A program made the translations under genes and the position numbers. This document shows positions 1-7,914 of a stretch of DNA of 64,000 nt, in pieces; the first letter of the stretch is position 1, and the number at the start of each line of letters is the position of its first letter. Under the pieces are notes generated by a model that worked only from the letters and a program-made list of their open reading frames with translations, did not search any database and was not told the origin of the DNA. This stretch comes from Rhodococcus sp. (in: high G+C Gram-positive bacteria). Its GTDB lineage: Bacteria; Actinomycetota; Actinomycetes; Mycobacteriales; Mycobacteriaceae. The DNA lies in assembly GCA_049650605.1 (NCBI GenBank), contig JBASAM010000052.1, forward strand, positions 188,916 to 252,915, given 5' to 3'.

Positions 1-238
1 ACTGCTTGTTCTCGGCTTTGAGTTTCCTGATCTCCGCGGACTCCTCCGAGGTGGTGCCGGGGCGAGCGCCGGCGTCGACCTCGGCCTGGACGGCCCATCG
101 GCGCACGGTCTCCGACCCGACACCGACCTGCTTCGCGATCGCGGTGGCCGCGGCAGTCAGCGACGCGTACTCCTGGCCGTGGGACTCCAACAATCTCAGC
201 GCCCGCGCACGGACCTCCGGATCGATCTTCTTGGGCAT
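1..238 (-). CDS. IS3-family transposase OrfA, N-terminal part; the CDS runs off the left edge of the window
   Basis: My own minus-strand translation from the ATG at 238 gives MPKKIDPEVRARALRLLESHGQEYASLTAAATAIAKQVGVGSETVRRWAVQAEVDAGARPGTTSEESAEIRKLKAENKQ... This is the HTH plus coiled-coil layout of IS3 OrfA. It is absent from the ORF track because it is open at the edge. Confidence 0.75.
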   Translation of the reverse strand, partial: MPKKIDPEVRARALRLLESHGQEYASLTAAATAIAKQVGVGSETVRRWAVQAEVDAGARPGTTSEESAEIRKLKAENKQ

Positions 239-287
239 GGCATGCATCCTTCCTGACTCAGAAGGAAGCGGCACGATACCTGGGGTG

Positions 288-305
288 ATTCAGTTCCAAC
301 TGAAT
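288..305. repeat. 18-bp palindrome ATTCAGTT-NN-AACTGAAT in the leader of the edge IS3-family element
   Basis: Read directly from the sequence: attcagttccaactgaat has perfect 8-bp arms and a 2-nt spacer. It lies between the orfA start (238) and the neighbouring IS end (331). Confidence 0.5.
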
Positions 306-372
306 AGAGCGTGGATCGGCGCGATGCACTTGGGACTGCCCCCACTTCGGTTGACTTGTGGGGTTGAGCGGA

Positions 373-1236
373 TCAGGCCGCGTGTGCGGTCTGGTTGATT
401 GTCTCAAACTCGATCGGCGTGAGCTTGCCGAGGCGCCGTTGGCGGCGCTTGCGGTGGTAGGTCTTCTCGATCCAGGTGACGATCGCCAGGCGAAGCTGCT
501 CGCGGGTGGACCACCGCTGACTGTCGAGCACGTTCTTCTGCAGCAGAGCGAAGAACGACTCCATCGCAGCATTGTCACCACACGCCCCGACACGGCCCAT
601 GGATCCGCGTAATCCATTGTGTGACAACGCATGTACGAATTTGCGTGAGCGGAATTGACTACCTCGGTCGGAGTGAACGATCGTCCCCACCGAGCCACGT
701 CGCGCCACAGCATTGTTGAGCGCGCTGACCGCCAGAGATGCCTTCATCCGCCCGTCGATGGAGTATCCGACGATCCTGTTCGACCACACGTCCTTGATCG
801 CACACAGGTACAGCTTCCCTTCGTCGGTGCGGTGTTCGGTGATGTCGGTGAGCCAGACTCGATCGCGGTCCTCTGCGGTGAATTCACGGTCGACGAGGTC
901 GTCGTGCACGGGCGGGCCGGCCTTCCTGTTCAAGCCGCGCTTCTTCGAGAAGACGGACCAGATACGTTCCTGTGAGCACAACCGCGCAACTCTGTTCTCG
1001 CCGGCGGTGATGCCGCGGTCGGGAAGCACGTCGGCGATGAACCGGTACCCGAACGCAGGATCGTCCGCGTGGATGGAACGGGCGGCGTGGATCAGGTGAT
1101 CATTGTTCCAATCACGTTGCGTGACTGGAGCTTTCTCCCATTTGTAGAACGCTTGAGTGGAGAACCCAAGCACCCGGCAGGTCACCGTGACGGGCACTCC
1201 GTCGGCGGCAAGGTCGAGGACCAGCGGGTACATCAT
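373..1236 (-). CDS. IS3-family transposase OrfB (DDE integrase-core domain), probably made as an OrfAB fusion by -1 frameshift
   Basis: 287-aa ORF. DDE-type motifs are visible: WLTDITEH, HSDRGSQF and GDNAAMESFF. It overlaps the orfA stop in the -1 frame. Confidence 0.9.
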   Translation of the reverse strand: MMYPLVLDLAADGVPVTVTCRVLGFSTQAFYKWEKAPVTQRDWNNDHLIHAARSIHADDPAFGYRFIADVLPDRGITAGENRVARLCSQERIWSVFSKKRGLNRKAGPPVHDDLVDREFTAEDRDRVWLTDITEHRTDEGKLYLCAIKDVWSNRIVGYSIDGRMKASLAVSALNNAVARRGSVGTIVHSDRGSQFRSRKFVHALSHNGLRGSMGRVGACGDNAAMESFFALLQKNVLDSQRWSTREQLRLAIVTWIEKTYHRKRRQRRLGKLTPIEFETINQTAHAA

Positions 1237-1526
1237 TTTGGGTTGACATCCCGAGAGAGGTAGCCGACGGCGCGGCGCATCACCTCCGCTTCCTGCTCGA
1301 GCATCTTGATGCGTTTACGGGCTTCCCTCGGCTCGACGGACTCGCTGTTCGCCGTGGGCCCCTCGCTTCGGGTGATGCCGTCGTCGCGGTCGGCGATCTT
1401 GAGCCATCGGTACAGGCAGCCTTCGGAGATCCCGAAGTCTTTCGCGATCTGGCGGAGCGGGGCTTCACCCTTGCGGGCGACCGCGCTGACATCGCGGCGG
1501 AACTCCTCGGGGAATGCTTTCGGCAT
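1233..1526 (-). CDS. IS3-family transposase OrfA (HTH)
   Basis: MPKAFPEEFRRDVSAVARKGEAPLRQIAKDFGISEGCLYRWLK... The start at the ATG at 1526 is preferred over the track start at 1562. It has a GGAAGGA Shine-Dalgarno upstream and parallels the MPKK start of the edge copy. Confidence 0.85.
   Translation of the reverse strand: MPKAFPEEFRRDVSAVARKGEAPLRQIAKDFGISEGCLYRWLKIADRDDGITRSEGPTANSESVEPREARKRIKMLEQEAEVMRRAVGYLSRDVNPK
1236..1242 (-). promoter_or_regulatory. -1 programmed ribosomal frameshift heptamer C CCA AAA (X XXY YYZ)
   Basis: The minus strand reads aac cca aaa tga in the orfA frame and ccc aaa atg atg tac in the orfB frame. The heptamer sits directly before the orfA stop. Confidence 0.6.
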
Positions 1527-1596
1527 GGGGAACATCCTTCCACCGTGAGGAGCGATCCTCACAGATCAGATGTCAACCGAAGTGGGGGCAGTCCCA

Positions 1597-2238
1597 AACG
1601 TTGCTGCAATGGTCGACCGGTTGCCGTCCGAGGCTCGTGAGATGGACACACTGTCCAGGACCGAGGCGGCTAAGCTCCTCGCCCACGTTGGCCGCGAACC
1701 CTTGCCCCAGGCATGGCAATTGGCGATGCACGGATTGAGAAGGGGCGAGATCGCAGGCCTGCGCTGGTCGGACGTGGACTTGACCAAGTCGAAGCTCAAG
1801 ATCGCGAACACCCGCATCGCGGTAGGCAGCGCGATAATCGAAGGATCACCGAAGACGAAGAAGTCTCGGCGCACGCTGCCACTCACCAAACCCCTTGCCG
1901 CCGCACTGAAGGCAGCGAGAGCGCAACAGGCTCAAGAGAAATTGACTCTCGGCGAGCACTACCGGGACTCAGATTATGTAGTGCGTCTTCCGACTGGACT
2001 TCCTGTGCACCCGAATTTGCTGACGTTCAGGTGGAAGAAGATCCTCGAGTCCGCCGGCCTCAAGCACGTGCGGCTTCACGACGCGCGCCATACGTGCGCG
2101 ACCCTCATGCATCTGCAGGGGATTCCCATTGCTGTCATTGCAGCCTGGCTCGGGCACGCCTCGGCCGCCTTCACCCTGAGTGTATATGCACACTCACAGG
2201 AAGAAGCCTTGATGGAAGCGGCAAGCAGCTTCGAGTAG
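1597..2238 (+). pseudogene. Tyrosine recombinase / phage-type integrase, 5'-truncated by the IS3 insertion; only the C-terminal catalytic domain remains
   Basis: ORF 1570-2238 carries LRRGEIAGLRWSDVDL, HDARHTCATLM and AAWLGHASAAFTLSVYAH, the R..HxxR..Y catalytic-domain pattern. The first 27 nt of the ORF are IS inverted-repeat sequence, so no native N-terminus is present. Confidence 0.8.
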
Positions 2239-2453
2239 CGCCATCTTCTGTCGTGCGGAGGGCTCCATCAGCGTTGTTCTACGCTCGCTCGGACAACCTC
2301 CAGCGGGCGGTTGGTCCGGGCGAGTCCACGTGGATTCGTTGGCGTGTTCGAGCGCCGATCCAGAGCAGTTAATTTGAGTTGTGACATTCTGTGACACCGA
2401 AGTACGTGTTCGAACCAGGACTGCAGCGCGCTAACGCTGTGACCTGGGAAATA

Positions 2454-2530
2454 TGGTGCCCCCAGTCGGACTCGAACCGACACTGTGCGGATTTTAAGTC
2501 CGCTGCCTCTGCCAATTGGGCTATGGGGGC
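2454..2530 (-). tRNA. tRNA with a class I (short variable arm) cloverleaf and encoded CCA; the anticodon reads UAA (nominally Leu), which is atypical
   Basis: Hand fold of GCCCCCA-TA-GCCCAATTGGCAGAGGC-A-GCGGA-CTTAAAA-TCCGC-ACAGT-GTCGG-TTCGAGT-CCGAC-TGGGGGC-A-CCA. All stems pair except one C-A in the D stem. U8, G18G19, U33 and the TTCGA T-loop are present. Confidence 0.8.
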
Positions 2531-2655
2531 TCAACCTGCGGCACCACCCTATCGCCCGGCCGCGCCAGACCTTCACAGCCTCCTGCCCCCACTTGCCAAC
2601 CCGGAAACTGAGTGGTTGACTTTCCATATCGGAAAGCCATCACTCAGGAGGAACC

Positions 2656-3105
2656 ATGAACGACGACTACTCCCCCACCGAGGCCCTGTCCGCTATCCAA
2701 GGCCAGCGCGACCACCTCGCCGAACGCGCCAAGTCGCCCGCCGGCTACCACGTCACCCTCGGCCTGGTGGCGGGCATCGTCATCGCCTCCACCTTCCTGC
2801 AGAACCGCTGGGTCTTCGTTGCCGTATATATCGCGGGGGGTTTGGCCGTATTCGGCCTCATTCAGTACTACAAACGCAGCAAAGGTATGTGGGTCGACGG
2901 AACCAAAGGCAGCCACCCCAGGAAGTACGCGCTTACCGCCGGCTTGTTCATCGGCGGCGGGCTCGGAGCGTCGATGCTTCTCGAGTTCCCCGACGTGCTC
3001 CACGGGGCCGGTCTCATCATCGCCGCCATCGTCTTCCCAGTCGTCACCTGGCTCGGCTACCGCTGGGACAAGGCATACGAAGCAGAACTGCGAGCAGCAG
3101 CGTGA
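2656..3105 (+). CDS. Hypothetical integral membrane protein
   Basis: 149-aa ORF with about four hydrophobic segments (LGLVAGIVIAS, VFVAVYIAGGLAVFGLI, LTAGLFIGGGLGASMLL, GLIIAAIVFPVV). An AGGAGG Shine-Dalgarno lies upstream. Confidence 0.7.
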   Translation: MNDDYSPTEALSAIQGQRDHLAERAKSPAGYHVTLGLVAGIVIASTFLQNRWVFVAVYIAGGLAVFGLIQYYKRSKGMWVDGTKGSHPRKYALTAGLFIGGGLGASMLLEFPDVLHGAGLIIAAIVFPVVTWLGYRWDKAYEAELRAAA

Positions 3106-3395
3106 CCGTCTTGCCGAAGTTCGATTCCGTGATCCACGCCCCGCATCGCTTGCAGATCTGCGCCCTACTGGCCGAGGTGAGTTCGATGGAGTTCGCCACG
3201 ATTCGGCAGAGCGTGGACGTGAGCGAGTCGGTGCTCAGCAAGCAGCTCCGCACACTCGAGGAGGCGGGCCATATCCGTATCCACAAGAGCACGTTGAACT
3301 CCCGCGTGCGAACCAGCGCTTCCCTGACTCCTCAAGGGCTGACGTCGTACCGAGCGCACGTTGCCGAGCTGCGCCGCATCGTCGGGACGGTGTGA
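3102..3395 (+). CDS. Winged-helix (MarR/ArsR-like) transcriptional regulator
   Basis: The GTG start overlaps the upstream stop (GTGA). The sequence is VTVLPKFDSVIHAPHRLQICALLAEVSSMEFATIRQSVDVSESVLSKQLRTLEEAGHIRIHK. Confidence 0.7.
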   Translation: MTVLPKFDSVIHAPHRLQICALLAEVSSMEFATIRQSVDVSESVLSKQLRTLEEAGHIRIHKSTLNSRVRTSASLTPQGLTSYRAHVAELRRIVGTV

Positions 3396-3400
3396 CTGCC

Positions 3401-3745
3401 ATGTCCACCGAGGACGACGTCCGACGCATCGCATTGTCACTGCGCGAGGTCTCCGAGAAGCCCTCGTACGGCACTCCTGGATTCCGAGTGAAGAACGTCT
3501 TGTTCGCGCGCATCCACGAGATGCCCGCAGTACTTGTCGCGTGGCGGCCCAGCGTGGAGGACCGAGACGAGCTGATTCGCTCGAACCCGGAGAAGTTCTT
3601 CACCACCGGTCACTACGCCGGCCACGCGTCCGTGCTGGTGAGACTGGACGCTGTCGATCCGGATGAGCTCGAGGAACCCCTGGAAGAAGCGTGGGAAGCC
3701 CGAGCACCGGCCCGAGTGAAGAAGACCGGCCCGCACGCCCCCTGA
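3401..3745 (+). CDS. MmcQ/YjbR-family DNA-binding protein
   Basis: MSTEDDVRRIALSLREVSEKPSYGTPGFRVKNVLFARIHE... is the typical YjbR N-terminal pattern. Confidence 0.65.
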   Translation: MSTEDDVRRIALSLREVSEKPSYGTPGFRVKNVLFARIHEMPAVLVAWRPSVEDRDELIRSNPEKFFTTGHYAGHASVLVRLDAVDPDELEEPLEEAWEARAPARVKKTGPHAP

Positions 3746-3809
3746 CGTTCACAGCAAACACCCGGGTCGGTCACAGCAACACCCGATACCCGGCACCGAT
3801 AGTGGACAC

Positions 3810-5213
3810 ATGAGCACGGTAGAAATCCCACGACCAGCGCGGACACCCCACCGCACACCGGTCATCCACCGATGGTGGCGCGACGTGTCCGCGATGGCCG
3901 GGTGGTCGGTCGTCCTCGTCGTCGTGTCCCTATGGATAGCCGACGGCGGCGTTCACGACCTCACCGCCTCGACCGAGACGGCTTTCACCTCGGCCGGCCG
4001 ACTGCTCGGCCTCCTCGCGTCCGCGCTGATGCTGCTTCAGGTGTTCCTGATGGCGCGGGTCCCGTGGGCGGAGAAGGCGTGGGGCCAGGACGGTCTGACC
4101 CGCCTGCACCGCATCGTCGGCTTCACCTCGTTCACCGCCATGATGGGGCACATCGCGACGGTCATCGTCGGCTACGCCGCGGCGGACCCGGCTCGATTCT
4201 TCTCCACGACGGTCGACCTGACGCTGAACTACCCCGGCATGCTGCTCGCCGTTCTGGGCACCGCAGCGCTGGTAATGGTGGTCGTCACGTCGTTCCGGGC
4301 CGCGCGTCGACGCCTGCGCTACGAGTCCTGGCACCTCATTCACCTCTACGCCTACCTCGGCACGGGTCTCGCGCTCCCCCACCAGCTGTGGGCCGGCCAG
4401 TCGTTCCAGCAGTCCACGACCGCGACGGTCTTCTGGTGGGGTCTCTACATCGTCAGCGCCGGAACGGTTCTCGTGTACCGCATCGGCCTTCCGCTGTGGC
4501 GCTCGCTGCGCAGCCCGCTGCGCGTCGTCGCTGTAAACCGCGAGAGCGAGTCCGTGGTGTCCGTCGTCGTCGGCGGTCCTGGTGTTGCTCGACTCGATGC
4601 CCACGGCGGCCAGTTCTTCCAGTGGCGCTTCCTCGACGGTCCGGGTTGGTCACGGGCACATCCGTATTCACTGTCCGCTGCACCGAACGGCACCACATTG
4701 CGACTCACGGCAGCAATCGTCGGCGACGGCACCGAGCGGCTCACCCGCTTGACGCCGGGTACACGCGTCCTGGTCGAGGGCCCGTACGGAAAGATGCACG
4801 CCGGCAACCGAACACGACGCAAAGTGCTGCTGATCGGAGCCGGGATCGGTATCACTCCCATGCGCTCCTTGCTCGAAGCTCTGCCGCAGTCCCCCGGCGA
4901 CGTCACAGTGATCAACCGCTCGCGCTCGCACCACGACGCCGTCCTCCACCACGAACTGCTGAATCTCACCTACCACCTCGGAGCGGAATACTCACTGGTC
5001 GACGGCCACCGCATCCCCGGCCGCGACAGTTGGCTGCCGATTCAGGCTGCGCGATGGGAAGATTCGGACATCCTCACTCAGATCTGCCACGATGTCGCGG
5101 ACCGAGACGTCTTCGTCTGCGGCCCGCCTTCCTGGGCGCAGGCCGTGCGCCGGGCAGCGCTCGACGCGGGCACACCCGCACACCACATCCACATCGAGAA
5201 CTTCGAGATCTGA
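3810..5213 (+). CDS. Ferric-reductase-domain membrane protein fused to an FAD/NAD(P)H-binding ferredoxin-reductase module
   Basis: 467 aa with multiple TM helices. His pairs occur in the helices (HRIVGFTSFTAMMGH; WHLIHLYAYLGTGLALPH). The C-terminal part has RAHPYSLS, GPYG, LLIGAGIGITP and VCGPP motifs. Confidence 0.85.
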   Translation: MSTVEIPRPARTPHRTPVIHRWWRDVSAMAGWSVVLVVVSLWIADGGVHDLTASTETAFTSAGRLLGLLASALMLLQVFLMARVPWAEKAWGQDGLTRLHRIVGFTSFTAMMGHIATVIVGYAAADPARFFSTTVDLTLNYPGMLLAVLGTAALVMVVVTSFRAARRRLRYESWHLIHLYAYLGTGLALPHQLWAGQSFQQSTTATVFWWGLYIVSAGTVLVYRIGLPLWRSLRSPLRVVAVNRESESVVSVVVGGPGVARLDAHGGQFFQWRFLDGPGWSRAHPYSLSAAPNGTTLRLTAAIVGDGTERLTRLTPGTRVLVEGPYGKMHAGNRTRRKVLLIGAGIGITPMRSLLEALPQSPGDVTVINRSRSHHDAVLHHELLNLTYHLGAEYSLVDGHRIPGRDSWLPIQAARWEDSDILTQICHDVADRDVFVCGPPSWAQAVRRAALDAGTPAHHIHIENFEI

Positions 5214-5238
5214 CCTACTTTCAATACCGAGGGGCATC

Positions 5239-5685
5239 ATGCGCCGCATCACCTGGTGGCTCGCCAGCACCGTCACCGCCGTCGTCCTGGTCTTCAGCTA
5301 CCACACCTCCACGGGGGTTACCCCGATGACCGAAGTCGTGGCCACTGCACCCGCCACCACCGAGGCATCACCCACGACAGCCGCAGCACCGACAACCGAC
5401 AGCGCTGCGGCCCAGACCATCACAGGCCAGTCCGTCTCCACCCGATGGGGACCGGTCCAGGTACAGATCACCGTCGCCGGCGGGACCATTACCGACGCCA
5501 CCGCCGTCGTCTACCCCAACGGCAACGGCAAGGATCAGCAGATCAACGCTCGGGCGGTCCCGATCCTGGAGAGCGAGACGGTCTCCGCTCAGAGCGCCGG
5601 AATCGACATGGTCTCGGGCGCAACGGTCACATCCGAGGGCTACATTCAGAGCCTGCAGTCCGCCATCGACCAGGCCAACCTGTGA
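5239..5685 (+). CDS. Membrane-anchored FMN-binding domain protein (flavinylation substrate)
   Basis: It has an N-terminal anchor, MRRITWWLASTVTAVVLVFSY. The motif DMVSGATVTS matches the Dxx(S/T)GA(T/S) covalent-FMN site. Confidence 0.8.
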   Translation: MRRITWWLASTVTAVVLVFSYHTSTGVTPMTEVVATAPATTEASPTTAAAPTTDSAAAQTITGQSVSTRWGPVQVQITVAGGTITDATAVVYPNGNGKDQQINARAVPILESETVSAQSAGIDMVSGATVTSEGYIQSLQSAIDQANL

Positions 5686-6425
5686 TCACCGTGCAGTTCT
5701 CCACCAGAGCGTGGGTACAGCAGGTCATGGGTCTGCCGATCTCCGTGCACGTCCGCGCCGACGACACCGAGCGATCAGACATCGCCCACGCCGTCGACGA
5801 TGTCTTCGCCACCCTGCGCCGGGCCGACGACACTTTCTCCACCTGGCGGGCGGACAGCGAACTGATGCAACTCAGGCAGGGCAGGCTTACCCGGGCCAGC
5901 GAATGGATGCACCGAGTCCAGTCCCTCTGCTCCACAGCAGCTCTGGCGACGGACGGGCTGTTCACCACCGACTTGGTCGGTCCCGACGGCACCCGCGCAT
6001 TCGACCCGACCGGTCTGGTGAAGGCGTGGGCGGTGACCGAGGCCGCAGCGTCATTGCGAGACATCGACAATCTCGCCTTCTCGATCAACGCCGGCGGCGA
6101 CATCCTGTGCGGCAGCACATCCCCGGAGCAGTTTCCGGCGTGGCGCATCGGTATCGAGGACCCGGCGGACCGTTCGACAATTGCGAGCGTCGTGGAAGTG
6201 TCAGAGGGCGCGGTGGCAACGTCGGGGTCGGCGGCACGCGGAGCCCACATTGTCGATCCGAGAACGGGTGGCACCGTGCAGCAGAGCTTCTCGACCACCA
6301 TCACCGGGCCCAGCCTGCTCTGGGCCGACATCTGGGCCACCACCACCTTCATCGACCCCACCGCACTCGACGGTCGGGGCGAATGGTCGGACTACCGCCT
6401 GACCGTCACCTGCCCGCGACGCTGA
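5682..6425 (+). CDS. apbE: FAD:protein FMN transferase (ApbE family)
   Basis: GTGA start/stop overlap with the upstream gene. ApbE-like sequence is visible: DDTFSTWRADSEL, FDPTGLVKAW and VATSGSAARGAHIVDPRTG. No signal peptide or lipobox is visible. Confidence 0.8.
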   Translation: MITVQFSTRAWVQQVMGLPISVHVRADDTERSDIAHAVDDVFATLRRADDTFSTWRADSELMQLRQGRLTRASEWMHRVQSLCSTAALATDGLFTTDLVGPDGTRAFDPTGLVKAWAVTEAAASLRDIDNLAFSINAGGDILCGSTSPEQFPAWRIGIEDPADRSTIASVVEVSEGAVATSGSAARGAHIVDPRTGGTVQQSFSTTITGPSLLWADIWATTTFIDPTALDGRGEWSDYRLTVTCPRR

Positions 6426-7353
6426 GCGCAATGCCGTCCAGGATGTCGTGCTCACTGACCACGAGGGTGTCGATGCCGGACTCGGAGCCGATGTGATCTG
6501 CGAGCACGGAGGTCACAATGGCCCCTCCGCCGATGACGTCCACCCGGCCCGGGTGCATCGATCCGATGGCCGAACGATCGTCGCGCGTCATCGACACCAG
6601 CCGGTCGCAGACCTCACGAAGCTGGCCGAACCCGATGCGCGAGAGATGAATTCGATCAGGATCGTAGTGGTCCAGATCCTGCGCAATGGCGGCGAGCGTC
6701 GTCATCGTGCCGGCAACTCCGACCCAGGTACGAGCCTCACCGACAGAAACGGCGTCGAACGCCGGCTGCAGCCGCTCGGCAACGAACTCGCGGCCGGCAG
6801 TGAGCTCCGACTCCGACGGCGGGTCGGACTGCAAACACCGCTCGGTGAGCCGCACGCAGCCGATGTTCGCCGAGAACGCCGCGCGCACACCGCCGGCATC
6901 ACCAAGGACGAGTTCGGTCGAGCCGCCGCCCAGGTCGACCACCAGGAACGGGCCCTCCGACGCGTCCAGATCACCGACGGCTCCGGCGAACGACAGCCGA
7001 GCTTCTTCGTCACCGGTGATCACCTCGGCCACGGCGCCGTCTGCGACCGGCGCGAGAACCCGGCGAGTCATGTCGAAGAACAGATCTCGGTTGTCGGCGT
7101 CGCGGGTGGCGGACGTCGCGACCATCCGTACCGCGTCGACCCCGCCCAGATCGGCGATGATGCCGACGTACTCCGTCAACGCCTGCTCGGTGCGCTCGAC
7201 GGCCTCGGGGGCGAACGATCCGGTGGCGTCCACACCCTGGCCGAGTCGGACCACCCGCATCTCGCGCGCCAGGTCGCGCAGACCGTCGTCGTCGATGTCG
7301 GCAACCAGCAGGCGAATCGAATTGGTACCGCAGTCGATCGCAGCGACTCTCAT
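6406..7353 (-). CDS. ppx: Ppx/GppA-family exopolyphosphatase
   Basis: MRVAAIDCGTNSIRLLVADI... The start at 7353 is chosen because its ATG overlaps the upstream stop (ATGA). The position corresponds to Rv1026. Confidence 0.85.
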   Translation of the reverse strand: MRVAAIDCGTNSIRLLVADIDDDGLRDLAREMRVVRLGQGVDATGSFAPEAVERTEQALTEYVGIIADLGGVDAVRMVATSATRDADNRDLFFDMTRRVLAPVADGAVAEVITGDEEARLSFAGAVGDLDASEGPFLVVDLGGGSTELVLGDAGGVRAAFSANIGCVRLTERCLQSDPPSESELTAGREFVAERLQPAFDAVSVGEARTWVGVAGTMTTLAAIAQDLDHYDPDRIHLSRIGFGQLREVCDRLVSMTRDDRSAIGSMHPGRVDVIGGGAIVTSVLADHIGSESGIDTLVVSEHDILDGIALSVAGR

Positions 7354-7880
7354 GCCCGTGACTCCCCTGCCCGTAACACTTCGATGGTCGGCCAATCGGC
7401 GGGAAGCGCGGTACCGCGCAACGGGCCTTCGGCGGCCAACGCCACCGATTCGTCACCCAACGGATTGGCGCCCGGACCCTTGGCCAACGAATGAGCCATC
7501 AACACGTGCAAACACTTGACCCTGTCCGGCATGCCACCACCGGTGAAATCTGTTCCGAGAGATTCGATCTCGTTCCGCTCCGCGAGATACTCCTCGTGCG
7601 CACGGAGGTACCCGGCCGCCAACTCCTCGTCGACGCCGAGCCGTTCGGTCATCTCCCGCATCACCCCGGCCGACTCCTGCCTGCTGGCCTCGGCGGTCAG
7701 TCGCGGATCGGTGAGATAGAACAGCGTGGGAAACGGCGTCCCGTCGGGCAGCTTCGGGGCCGTCTTGACGACGGCCGGGCGACCGTCCGGAGTGCGGTAG
7801 GCGATCTCCAACACGCCGCGAGGCTCGCGGCCCAGCTGCGCGGAAACGGCGTCCAGATCTTCGGGCGAGACGTCGCTCAT
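7350..7880 (-). CDS. DUF501 domain protein
   Basis: 176 aa. The sequence and the position between ppx and the ftsB-like gene match Rv1025. Confidence 0.8.
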   Translation of the reverse strand: MSDVSPEDLDAVSAQLGREPRGVLEIAYRTPDGRPAVVKTAPKLPDGTPFPTLFYLTDPRLTAEASRQESAGVMREMTERLGVDEELAAGYLRAHEEYLAERNEIESLGTDFTGGGMPDRVKCLHVLMAHSLAKGPGANPLGDESVALAAEGPLRGTALPADWPTIEVLRAGESRA

Positions 7881-7914
7881 GGGGAAAGAACTCTCTTCGT
7901 GGGACCGGCGGATG

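Larger units (their letters stand above)
331..1596 (-). mobile_element. Complete IS3-family insertion sequence (1266 bp) with perfect 25-bp terminal inverted repeats
   Basis: TGGGACTGCCCCCACTTCGGTTGAC at 331-355 is the exact reverse complement of 1572-1596. The termini are TG...CA, as in IS3. It contains orfA and orfB in the 0/-1 frame arrangement. The flanking triplets (act / aac) are not a matching target duplication. Confidence 0.88.

Noticed and set aside
1570-1596. Apparent ATG start and first nine codons of the integrase ORF
   Set aside because: These nucleotides are the right inverted repeat of the IS3 element, so the ORF start is an artefact of the insertion. The integrase is truncated.
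2583-2622. IS inverted-repeat-like sequence beside the tRNA: CTGCCCCCACTT (12/12 identical to IS positions 336-347) and, 20 nt later, GTTGACTT (8/8 identical to 350-357)
   Set aside because: It may be a relic of an older IS end or a preferred target. However, the terminal TGGGA is missing, the two blocks are split by 20 unrelated nucleotides, and there is no partner repeat. That is too weak to call a mobile-element remnant.
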